Below are positions 1-8,563 of a stretch of 64,000 nucleotides of DNA, piece by piece; the first letter of the stretch is position 1; every line of letters starts with the position of its first letter. Source of the stretch: Spirochaetia bacterium (GTDB lineage: Bacteria > Spirochaetota > Spirochaetia > DSM-16054 > Sediminispirochaetaceae). The notes below the pieces were generated by a model. It had not been told where the DNA came from and made no database searches. It saw nothing but the letters and a program-made list of their open reading frames with translations. The position numbers and the translations under genes were made by a program. Location of the stretch: positions 384,001-448,000 of the forward strand of contig JAXHMY010000003.1 of the NCBI GenBank assembly GCA_034520965.1, written 5' to 3'.

Positions 1-648
1 GGTAACTGTGAAAGCACCACAGTCATATATACTCTACCCGAATTTACACAAGAATGCCACCTCCTGTATGCACATTATCCCTGTCCATTGTGCGGAAAGG
101 TTCATCCGCTGACGATTCACACGTCCCCGCGACGCAGTTGGTTTGACGCCAATGGTGAACGCGTATGGATTCGGGTAATAGTAATCAAGTGTGCCCATGC
201 CCGGGCGGCCGGAAAACAATACACCAAGCGTCTGCTGCCGGATTTCCTTATCCCCTATAGTCCTATCCGGTTGGATCGTGTGCTGGAAGCTGAACGCAGC
301 CGCCGAGAGGAAGGTGCGAGACTTGAGGACTGTAGTTATATTCTGGGGTGTCTGGAACTGCGGACCGTCCGAAAACATCTCAAGCGCCTGCATACCGCAG
401 CAGCCTCAGTTGCTTTGCAGTTATCCGAGTACCTGGCACATATCCCGCAGTATGCTCGTTTGCCGGAACCGCAACCGGGGCAGTGCACAGTCCTTCGACT
501 GAATAGCCTATACCACCGAACCACTGAGGCTGCCGGTGCAGCAGGCCGCCCGGTGACCAGTCTGCGGCAATCCCTGCAGGAACAGTGGTGGAAGCTTGTC
601 GGTAAACCACCAACCAGTTGTGTATCACGTGTTGCCCGTCCCCCATGA
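1..648 (+). CDS. DUF6431-like zinc-ribbon/HTH protein (5' end probably outside window)
   Basis: Frame is open from base 1, giving YPCPLCGK...IKCAH...TKRLLPDFLIPYSP (CxxC plus an LLPxFLxPY motif); directly upstream of a DDE transposase. Confidence 0.7.
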   Translation, partial: GNCESTTVIYTLPEFTQECHLLYAHYPCPLCGKVHPLTIHTSPRRSWFDANGERVWIRVIVIKCAHARAAGKQYTKRLLPDFLIPYSPIRLDRVLEAERSRREEGARLEDCSYILGCLELRTVRKHLKRLHTAAASVALQLSEYLAHIPQYARLPEPQPGQCTVLRLNSLYHRTTEAAGAAGRPVTSLRQSLQEQWWKLVGKPPTSCVSRVARPP

Positions 649-680
649 TATATCCAGGGTACTACTGTGAAGGAGGCCCT

Positions 681-1387
681 ATGAACGGGAATGACTGGAA
701 GAATCTGAATTCGAAGGAACTCGACGCATTTCAACGCCGCGTGGCGCTGGTTGAGACGTTGCTGGATGACAACATCGATGAAGCCGTGCGGCAGGAGGTG
801 CGGCGTGCCTACCTCTATACCCAGGGAGTCAGTGACCGGACGATCCGTAACTACATTCGTCGGTATCGCATGCAGGGACAGCATGGACTGCTGTTCTATC
901 GTCACACACGATCGGCTTCACCGCGTATTCATGACGAAGCTCTCCGTAACAAAATTCTGGAGCTGATAGAGGAACGGCCGCGACGAACGGTTCCTCAGCT
1001 GCGCAGACTGCTCACCGTTGATGAACAGTTTGCCCCACGCATCGAACTGGTCTCGGATCGTACCATCTACCGGTTTTTGTATGAGCAGGGCCTTACTCAG
1101 AAGGCTCGGATGGCCAAGCGGATACACGGAGACAGGGCGGCATTTCATCGCTTCGAAGCAAGCTGCTCTCTGCAGCTGGTGCAGGGAGATGCCCGTGACG
1201 GAATATGGCTGCCGGCACAGCCGGGCGACACAAAGACCCGGAAAACTTATCTGTTTGCCTGGGTTGATGACTATTCGCGGCGAATCCTGCATGCCCAGTA
1301 TTTCTGGGATGAAAAGCTGCCCAGAATGGAAGCGACCTTCAAGACCATGGTGCTGCGTTGGGGAATACCGGAAAAGCTGTACCTCGA
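681..1387 (+). pseudogene. DDE (rve/Mu-like) transposase, N-terminal part, interrupted by RIT
   Basis: AGGAGG RBS at 671-676; HTH region; VQGDA (first D), FAWVDDYSRRI, WGIPEKLYLD then breaks at the RIT junction. Confidence 0.9.
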
Positions 1388-1475
1388 TTATGCCGAAGAA
1401 AGCGTAATGCCGAAAACGATGTGCTTCTACTTTCTTTGAAACGAAATAGCCGCAAAAACTTCGGCATAATGTTTT
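1388..1475. repeat. RIT left terminal inverted repeat (88 bp)
   Basis: Reverse complement of 4773-4860 with one mismatch (position 1416); core sites TTATGCCGAA (1388), TAATGCCGAA (1405) and inverted TTCGGCATAA (1460). Confidence 0.95.
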
Positions 1476-1479
1476 GTGG

Positions 1480-2511
1480 CTATAATCCGCACAGCCTCCG
1501 CAAGGTTTCCTCGTTCTTCCATGACGGCACTTCACCGGCGATATCAGGATCAGCCGTTTCCAGTGCGTTGCGGAGCATGTCGGTACTTGCGGTAGCGTAA
1601 ATCTCGGTAGTGGTAATACTTGCGTGTCCGAGAAATTCCGCGACATAGGATAGCGGCATGCCGGCGCGATAAAGGTGCATCGCTCGAGTGTGCCTGATAA
1701 GGTGCGGGTTAACTCTATCAGGAACATCCGGACATGTTTTCGCGGCCCTTTCACCACACGTTTTGAGTATTACGCTAACCGCATCGGTAGACAGCGAGCG
1801 CGGATTACCCCGGTGTATGGAATAGAATAGTGGAGCAGAGTTTACAGACACCTCGTTAGGATGGAACCGGTCTATATACTTCCTCAAGTGTGAAACGGTC
1901 TTGTCCATAAGGGGGATGCTTCTTGGTTTGTTTCCTTTTCCCGTCACGATCACGAACGGATCGCCTACTGCCAGGTTAAGATCCCCAACTTTCAGGTCCA
2001 CAAGCTCCTGCACTCTACATCCAGTGTCGTATAGCATAATCAACAACATTCCGTCTCTCGCAGCCTTCGTGGTTTTTCCACTTGCTTGTGCCAATATGGC
2101 TTTCATTGCCGGTTCCGACAAGTATTGAATCGTCGACTTCGGAACCTTCATCATGGGAACGCTTTTGATCTCCAGATACATGGAATATAGACGCAGGTCC
2201 TCGTCGGCACAGTACTTGAGAAACGACTTGATCGCAGAAAGTCTGAGATTGCACGTTGTTGATCGGCAGTTTCGTCGGCGCAACCATTGGAGAAACTCAA
2301 CGACTGTCGTTCTGTCGAAATGGCTGAACGAGATAGCAGAGAATTCGGTTTGGCACGTCTCCTTGAGAAACGTGCAGTACGTTGCGATCGATTGCCTGTA
2401 TGATTCGGATGTTTTCGGGCTGAGGCAACGGATTCTGGGTAGATAGACGGTAAGGTACGAACGAACATACTGCCAAAATTGCCGTTCAGATTTCCTGTTA
2501 TTACTGGTCAT
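1480..2511 (-). CDS. Tyrosine recombinase (RitC-like, third gene of trio)
   Basis: GCRVQE, GKGNKPR, PHLIRH, LGH...TTEIY catalytic motifs. Confidence 0.92.
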   Translation of the reverse strand: MTSNNRKSERQFWQYVRSYLTVYLPRIRCLSPKTSESYRQSIATYCTFLKETCQTEFSAISFSHFDRTTVVEFLQWLRRRNCRSTTCNLRLSAIKSFLKYCADEDLRLYSMYLEIKSVPMMKVPKSTIQYLSEPAMKAILAQASGKTTKAARDGMLLIMLYDTGCRVQELVDLKVGDLNLAVGDPFVIVTGKGNKPRSIPLMDKTVSHLRKYIDRFHPNEVSVNSAPLFYSIHRGNPRSLSTDAVSVILKTCGERAAKTCPDVPDRVNPHLIRHTRAMHLYRAGMPLSYVAEFLGHASITTTEIYATASTDMLRNALETADPDIAGEVPSWKNEETLRRLCGL

Positions 2512-3463
2512 GGCGAAACTCCGGAATGAGATTTTCTGTACTTCGCAGCTTCTCGCGAAACGTGTGGAAGAACTCGGGTACGAGGTGAAGGTAGTAGTCG
2601 GTGCTCTGCAGACACGCGTGCCCCATGTACGTACTGAGATAGGGAAGCATGCTATTGAGATCGGCGCCGGCGACTACCCATCTATTCAGATTAGTGAGTG
2701 CAAAGTGATGTCTGAAATCATAGGCACGAGCCTTATTCCCGTACCCGCCTCCAGGCACTGCCGTATTCCAGATTTTCCGAAACGCTATACCCAGACTTGA
2801 TTGCGCATAGCAGCGCGATGGTGTCGTGGGGAAAAAGAAGATTCTGTCCTGGTATACGGTCGATATCTGCGTATTGTACGTTTGCAAGAGTTCCAGGAGA
2901 TCGCGACCTATTGGTATTCGACGGCTTCGTTCTTGTTTCGAAGCAACGATATCGATCTGCCCGAGATGTAAATCAACATCCTCGACCCGCAACGTTCGCG
3001 CTTCACACGTGCGCAAACCGCAGCAATACAGCAGTCGGAACAAGACCGGCAGGACCCAATGTCGAATGGGGAACGAACCGTGAGGTTTCAAACTGTCGCA
3101 GGCATGAAAAAATGAGAAAATCTCATCTTTGGTGAAGAAATGCGGTACATAGCGCGCAGTTTTACGGTGCAACCCGGTGGGAAGCACAAACGCTTCGGAA
3201 ATCCCAATCGATTGGAGGTATTTGCCGAACTCTCGTACCGGTGATATCCGTACTTTGTGGGATGCCGGTTTTTCGTTTGTAGCTTGTGCCCACACAAGGA
3301 TCAGCTCTCGGGAAAAACATCCGTCTTCCGCATGCTTGCACGCATATCGATCAAACCGCCACAGCGAATACTCGGCGCTTTCATAGCGGTATCCTGCCGC
3401 TCGTTTCAATGCGACAAAATCCTTAAGATCGGAGGCGAAAACACTGCAATACCGGGGGCTCAT
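2501..3463 (-). CDS. Tyrosine recombinase (RitB-like, middle gene)
   Basis: CGLRTCEA, YDFRH, LSTYMGH...STDYY motifs; overlaps both neighbours. Confidence 0.92.
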   Translation of the reverse strand: MSPRYCSVFASDLKDFVALKRAAGYRYESAEYSLWRFDRYACKHAEDGCFSRELILVWAQATNEKPASHKVRISPVREFGKYLQSIGISEAFVLPTGLHRKTARYVPHFFTKDEIFSFFHACDSLKPHGSFPIRHWVLPVLFRLLYCCGLRTCEARTLRVEDVDLHLGQIDIVASKQERSRRIPIGRDLLELLQTYNTQISTVYQDRIFFFPTTPSRCYAQSSLGIAFRKIWNTAVPGGGYGNKARAYDFRHHFALTNLNRWVVAGADLNSMLPYLSTYMGHACLQSTDYYLHLVPEFFHTFREKLRSTENLIPEFRHDQ

Positions 3464-4702
3464 TTCAGTTCTCCAAGAGACAGTGGAATCCCGGCAAGAT
3501 TAAGCGCACACTCTCGTAAGCGGTTTTGATCCGTTGATAGATATACTTCGGTAGATGTCTTGTTGGAATGGCCAAGCATTGACGCTATAGTCGTTACCGC
3601 TACCCCTTTCGCCAACAGTCTGCGAGGCGACGGAATGACGGATCAGGTGTATCCCTTTTCTCTCGGAACCGAGTCTGATTCCCGCTTGGTGAAAGGCCTT
3701 GCGCACTATAGCGTAGCACGGTGAATGACCGGATAACGGTCTGAACGGCGCCTGGACACGAAGAAATACATGCCGGCTGTCCACTTGGGGTCTCTCTTCG
3801 AGAATATAACGACTGAGCGCATTCCCGACGTCGACGGTCAATGGAATCCGGAAAGGCTTCCGAGTCTTCACCTGGGGTATAACGATGCTTTCGTGTATCC
3901 ACTCGATATCCGACAATTTCATATTCACGATGTCGATCGCCCTCAAGCCGGTACGGAGTGCCAATGTGATAATGGCGTTATCCCGTAGCGACACCATATC
4001 CGTCTGCAATAGACGCTTGAGAGCTGAATTTTCTTCTTCCGAAAGAATCGGTACGATCGGATTCTTCCTGACACAACGTGATGGAACCGCGCGGACAAGA
4101 CGCGGCTCATCTTCGGCGTATGTAAGAAACGAACGAACGTGTGAGGCGACGGTCCGTATACTTGTAGATTGGTAGGTGGCCAGTAGATGTCGGAAGAATA
4201 GGGGTACAGAAGCAGGAGGTACCGTTGACAGGTTGTGGTACCCGCTATTTTCCAGAAACATGAGGAACTGCCGTATGATGTTTCTTGATGACTGTATCGT
4301 GTTTGAGCTCTTGCCACGTTGCCGCAGATCACCAAGAAATTCGGAATACAGCAGGACGAACTCCTCCGCTTCCGGCCCTCGAGGAACCGCCAAACCACCG
4401 TATTTAGGCCATGCAACTGATCCCGATGCGGCATAATCCCGCAGTATGAAAGCGGCCCGCCTCAGGTGATTTCTTCGTGAACGCCCATATTGTCCCTTTT
4501 GGTAGCATTCCTCGACGTGCTCCATGAAACGTTCATGCATCGTCTCGGTGTAAGAACTCATTTCCTCCATTTCGAAAAAGCACCAAATTCGTGCGAATGC
4601 CCGTTCATACTGATAAATTGATCCGGTACACAGCCCGAGTTCGGGTAGTCGTTCGAGTACTCCCTGAAAAAGGTCACTGGATAGTAAAGAATTCGTTTCC
4701 AT
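3460..4702 (-). CDS. Tyrosine recombinase (RitA-like, first gene); +1 frameshift near 3622
   Basis: AAGGAGG RBS before ATG at 4702; TGLRAID, HLIRH; shifting frame near 3622 gives RLLAKGVAVTTIASMLGHSNKTSTEVY and a stop overlapping the ritB ATG (ATGA). Confidence 0.88.
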
Positions 4703-4772
4703 CTGATTGTCCTCCTTGAATGTATGTGGACGGTATGTCCAGCTAACATTATAGAAGGGTCTCAATCAGGGA

Positions 4773-4860
4773 AAAACATTATGCCGAAGTTTTTGCGGCT
4801 ATTTCGTTTCAAAGAAAGTAGAAGCACATCGCTTTCGGCATTACGCTTTCTTCGGCATAA
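4773..4860. repeat. RIT right terminal inverted repeat (88 bp)
   Basis: Inverted copy of 1388-1475. Confidence 0.95.
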
Positions 4861-4863
4861 TCA

Positions 4864-4889
4864 AGGTTATCCCGAATTCGGGATAACCT
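4864..4889. repeat. Perfect 26-bp palindrome AGGTTATCCCGAATTCGGGATAACCT outside the right IR
   Basis: Read directly; each arm contains TTATCCCGAA, one mismatch from the IR core TTATGCCGAA. Confidence 0.95.
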
Positions 4890-4892
4890 CGA

Positions 4893-5574
4893 CAACGGCA
4901 ATGTCTATATTGCGAAACAATTTGCACGTATCCTGGCCGATCTGAAAATCAAAAAGATTCATCATGGTCCCTATCAAGCGTGGGCAAAAGGCAAAGTTGA
5001 GTCGGTTATGAAAACCCTCAAGCAAGAGTTTCAGGCCGAGGCACAACAGGCAGGGTTTGTCACCCTTGAAGAGCTCAATACCGCCTTGTGGGCATGGATC
5101 GATGTCGAATACAACCGGCGTAGTCACAGCACCACCGGCGAACCACCTGAGCAACGCTTTGTGAACGGACTACCCGAAACCCATCGCCGGGTGGAAGACC
5201 TGCAATGGTTTGAGAACCTGTTTCTGCAGCAGGACACCCGCAAAGTAACCAAATACGGAGACGTCAAGCTTGAGGGGAATCTGTATAAAACCACTGCCAG
5301 GCATGGGACAGTGGTCGAGGTGCGCTACAATCCGTTTGATCTGAAAAAGGTCTGGCGGTTCGAAAAAGGATTGGCTGTTGAAACCTTGGGGGTCAAAAAG
5401 CTTGTCCATGACCAGGCCAAAACCATCGCCGAAGAAAGCCCGGATGCGCCGCAGAAGACAAGCCGTGACTCGGCTCGCTATTTCGAAAAGCTACGCGAGA
5501 GTCAGGCTGCGCTCACTGCCGGGCAACAGAAGGTAAGCTTTAGCAAACTCAAGGGGCAGGAGGCAACACAATGA
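4893..5574 (+). pseudogene. DDE transposase, C-terminal part (Mu transposase C-like)
   Basis: Resumes in frame as (D)NGNVYIAKQFARILADLKIKKIHHGPYQAWAKGKVES, giving D(35)E spacing; YNRRSHSTTGEPP and VEVRYNPFDL motifs. Confidence 0.9.
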
Positions 5575-6356
5575 TCGACACCATTCTGAATCACTACGGG
5601 TTTTCCCGGCTGCCCTTCGGCAAGAATATTTCTGCTGATGAAATCTATCCCACCGAGAGCATGAACGAGGCCGGTGCCATGATTGAGCTGGGACTGGAAA
5701 GCGAGGATATTATCCTCATTACCGGTCCAATCGGCTGCGGAAAATCGCTGGCGGTGCGGCGGGTGGCCGGACAGCTGGATACCAACCGATACCAGCTTAT
5801 CTATCTGCGCGGCAGTATTGCCTCAGCAGCCGAGCTGTACAAAATGGTGCTGTTGGGAATGAAAATTGATCCTCCACACTCAATCGGGAAGGCCAAGCCG
5901 GCATTCTTTGCGGCAGCCAGCGAAGCAGCCCGCAAGTCGGTAGTGATCCTGGATGATGCCCAGGATGCCTCCCCCGATGCCCTGTTAGCACTCAAGGCAA
6001 TGACCAACTTCGAATCGGATTCGCGCACCCGAATCACCTTCATTCTGGCGGGGCAACCGGAGCTTCTTACCACTCTTGGCTATGCTCACTTCGATTCGCT
6101 GCGGGCCCGTATCCGGTTGTCGAACCACATGTCGGGTATGAGCCTTAGTGAGACCTGCGAGTACATCGACCATGGCCTACAGGTTGTGAAGCGGCAGGAA
6201 AAGCTTTTTTCAGACAACGCTAAAATGGAGATATTCAAACGCACCAATGGTATCGCCCGCCATATAAATTCGCTGTGCTATAAGGCCATTGTGCAGGGAG
6301 CCATCGACAAGAGGAGCATCATCGACACTGCCGACCTGCCGCAGGATGTGATATAA
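5571..6356 (+). CDS. ExeA/GspA-like AAA+ ATPase (transposition helper)
   Basis: YGFSRLPF N-terminus, Walker A GPIGCGKS, Walker B VILDDAQ, FILAGQPEL; ATGA overlap with transposase. Confidence 0.9.
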   Translation: MIDTILNHYGFSRLPFGKNISADEIYPTESMNEAGAMIELGLESEDIILITGPIGCGKSLAVRRVAGQLDTNRYQLIYLRGSIASAAELYKMVLLGMKIDPPHSIGKAKPAFFAAASEAARKSVVILDDAQDASPDALLALKAMTNFESDSRTRITFILAGQPELLTTLGYAHFDSLRARIRLSNHMSGMSLSETCEYIDHGLQVVKRQEKLFSDNAKMEIFKRTNGIARHINSLCYKAIVQGAIDKRSIIDTADLPQDVI

Positions 6357-6381
6357 TTGTCACAGAGTTCCGGCAGTTGCC

Positions 6382-6420
6382 AGGAAGTTCCGCGGGTATA
6401 CCGCTGGAACTTCCTTTTTT
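6382..6420 (+). terminator. Rho-independent terminator
   Basis: AGGAAGTTCC...GGAACTTCCT stem followed by a T run, just after the ATPase. Confidence 0.8.
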
Positions 6421-6475
6421 CAGGCGGCGGAAATCAGCCGTGGCAAGGCGGGGAAGGAACTGCTGGCGGGGAACA

Positions 6476-6740
6476 CCATCAGCGCATCGATTTGCGGGGC
6501 AGATAAATGGGATGATATAGAGCGCTCGAGCGAGAAGTTGTACTATATTTCAAGCTGTAAAGCCGACGCGCCACTGCTGGCTTCTGCTATAAGCGGGCAC
6601 TGTGGAATAGAAATTTCTCTGCATTGGTTTCTTGATATAGCTTCCTGCACACGGAGTATCGCAGGTAAACAGCTGTTGGCCGGCTGGGACACCGGGTATC
6701 TTGAAAAAGTTTTGTTTAAGGTCTAACTGCGTTTGCCCTG
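6476..6740 (+). mobile_element. Internally deleted ISAs1-family relic with right terminal IR
   Basis: One frame joins ISASICGADKWDDIE, YYISS...AISGHCGIEISLHWFLDI and AGWDTGYLEKVL, segments normally far apart in ISAs1 transposases; ends TGCGTTTGCCCTG (6728-6740), like ISAs1 CAGGG ends. Confidence 0.75.
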
Positions 6741-6820
6741 GACCAGGTTGGTCTTGATTTTGACTTCGTTTCTATACCTGATGCGTACAGGTTCATTCTG
6801 ACCGACAAAATGCTGATGTT

Positions 6821-6958
6821 CGCCCCGAAGTAACAAAGAAAGAAGAATATGGCTTTGGGCTTACCCTGGTCGAAGGCTATACAAAACAGTTTGACGGAAC
6901 CATGAGTATAAGCACCGAGGGAGGAACAAGGGTAAGTGTGGTTCTTGAGCTTGAATAG
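6821..6958 (+). pseudogene. 3' remnant of a sensor histidine kinase (HATPase C-terminus)
   Basis: EEYGFGLTLVEGYTKQFDGTMSISTEGGTRVSVVLELE* resembles the G2 box and terminal strands; no 5' part present. Confidence 0.6.
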
Positions 6959-7075
6959 TTTATATGAAGAGGAGATAAAATAACATCATTTTTTCTAATT
7001 ATGGCATTGAATACCTGGATCATTTTTCCTACCATTGGTCGGAGCAAAACAGCATCGGTTTTAGGAGTAAACAGA

Positions 7076-8563
7076 TTGGAGAGATTACTTAGCAAATTTA
7101 AGCATATAATAATAATTTTACTGGCCATTATAATGATCTATATTTTCTCAACACAATATACAAATATTATAGAAGTAGTAGAAGAGAAGTATAATAGTCA
7201 GCAGCAATTGGTCGAGAAAAATATTCTACAGACGGTAAATTATATAAATAATGCGTATAAAATTGCCGAACAGCAACTAAATCAGGAAATGAAAGAATAC
7301 TCAGAGCAGATGGTAGAAAAATACAAAGAGAACCCTAATGTTTTGGAATGGGATTTAGCTGAGCTGCAGGAGCATTTTTCCGGTTATGATATTTATATTG
7401 TCAATGAAGATTTAGAAATTATTGAAACAACCTATAAAAAAGACCTTGGCCTTGATTTTTCTAAATTTGGTAGTTTTGCTTCCATATTAAGAGATAGAAT
7501 GGCTGGAAATGAATTTGAAGTTGATAGAATAGATCTTTCCACTCAGGCAGGAGAGATTAAAAAGTACAGCTATATGCCTAGCCCGGATAATCAATATTTA
7601 TTTGAACTCAGTGTCAGTATTGACGAGAAATATCCTTCTTTTCAGAGTTTGAATCTATTTAAAAATGCTACTTCTTTGACTCAAGAATATAAGATGGTTG
7701 AGGACATAGGCTTTTATAGTGTGGAGCCGCTTAATTATGGAGTTGCCAAACTTAGAAGCAGCAAGCGGCCATATTTGAACCCGGATGTTCCTGATTTTGA
7801 AGAGGAACTTGCCAGACAGGCAGTTATTAATAATACCATGCAGAGCAGCACAAAAACTACAGAGGGAATACAGCAAAGCTATCGATTTTTTCCAGCATTA
7901 ATTAGTGAAGAAAAAAATGGGCAAGGCTGGAATTCTTATGTAGTTGGCATTATCTATAATAATCAGGTGATGCAGAAAGAGATACTAAAGCACAGGAATT
8001 TATTTTTAGTAAATGTTATTTTAATGGCTGTGCTATTTGTCAGCTTCATTACTGTTGTAGTATATTTGCTCAAGTATTTTGAACATCAGGCCCATCACGA
8101 CAAATTAACCGGACTGACAAATAGAAAATATTTTGTAGAAGAATTTAACAAGCTAAAAAATAAAGCTAGTTATAATAAAGGTAATATTGGAGTTGTTTTT
8201 ATTGACATCGATAAGTTCAAAGAAATTAACGATAGTTATGGACATGATACTGGTGATGAGGTATTAAAAAAAATTGCTTCCAGAATGGAAAATAGTCTGA
8301 AGGGGAAAGACTTAAAATCCAGAATGGGAGGAGATGAATTTGTAGTTGCTCTGACTGATTTATCCTCAAAAGAAAAAATAATAGAAGTAACAAATAGATT
8401 GATTATTGAACTTAAAAAACCACTATTCATTGATGGGAAGGAAATTCCTATCAGTGTCAGTGCAGGAGTGAGTTTTTATCCGGATGACAGCTACGAACTT
8501 GAAACTTTGATTAAAAATGCTGATTCAGAAATGTATAAGTCAAAGCGAAAAAAAAGGATATAG
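7076..8563 (+). CDS. Membrane-bound diguanylate cyclase (extracytoplasmic sensor + GGDEF)
   Basis: Two TM segments; DKLTGLTNR, FIDIDKFKEINDSYGHDTGD, RMGGDEF; AGGAG before TTG at 7076. Confidence 0.9.
   Translation: MERLLSKFKHIIIILLAIIMIYIFSTQYTNIIEVVEEKYNSQQQLVEKNILQTVNYINNAYKIAEQQLNQEMKEYSEQMVEKYKENPNVLEWDLAELQEHFSGYDIYIVNEDLEIIETTYKKDLGLDFSKFGSFASILRDRMAGNEFEVDRIDLSTQAGEIKKYSYMPSPDNQYLFELSVSIDEKYPSFQSLNLFKNATSLTQEYKMVEDIGFYSVEPLNYGVAKLRSSKRPYLNPDVPDFEEELARQAVINNTMQSSTKTTEGIQQSYRFFPALISEEKNGQGWNSYVVGIIYNNQVMQKEILKHRNLFLVNVILMAVLFVSFITVVVYLLKYFEHQAHHDKLTGLTNRKYFVEEFNKLKNKASYNKGNIGVVFIDIDKFKEINDSYGHDTGDEVLKKIASRMENSLKGKDLKSRMGGDEFVVALTDLSSKEKIIEVTNRLIIELKKPLFIDGKEIPISVSAGVSFYPDDSYELETLIKNADSEMYKSKRKKRI

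Larger units (their letters stand above)
1388..4886 (-). mobile_element. RIT (recombinase-in-trio) element
   Basis: Three overlapping tyrosine recombinase genes between 88-bp inverted repeats; flanked by the direct 6-bp repeat CCTCGA (1382-1387 and 4887-4892). Confidence 0.92.
1..6475 (+). mobile_element. Three-gene transposon (DUF6431-like Zn-finger + DDE transposase + ExeA-like AAA+ ATPase), left end outside window, interrupted by a RIT element
   Basis: Co-oriented gene trio; after the ATPase come a terminator, repeated GGCGGGGAA motifs (6447-6455, 6465-6473) and a terminal ...GAACA at 6471-6475, followed abruptly by ISAs1-like coding sequence. Confidence 0.75.

Noticed and set aside
1480..4702. 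Prophage or integron integrases
   Set aside because: No phage genes or attC cassettes; trio arrangement and IRs match RIT
4703..4772. Guide or bridge RNA for RIT targeting
   Set aside because: Segment is only about 70 bp, holds the ritA RBS/promoter region, and shows no visible match to the target flanks
5571..6356. Type II secretion ExeA/GspA gene
   Set aside because: No secretion genes nearby and it is coupled to a transposase, so a transposition ATPase is more likely
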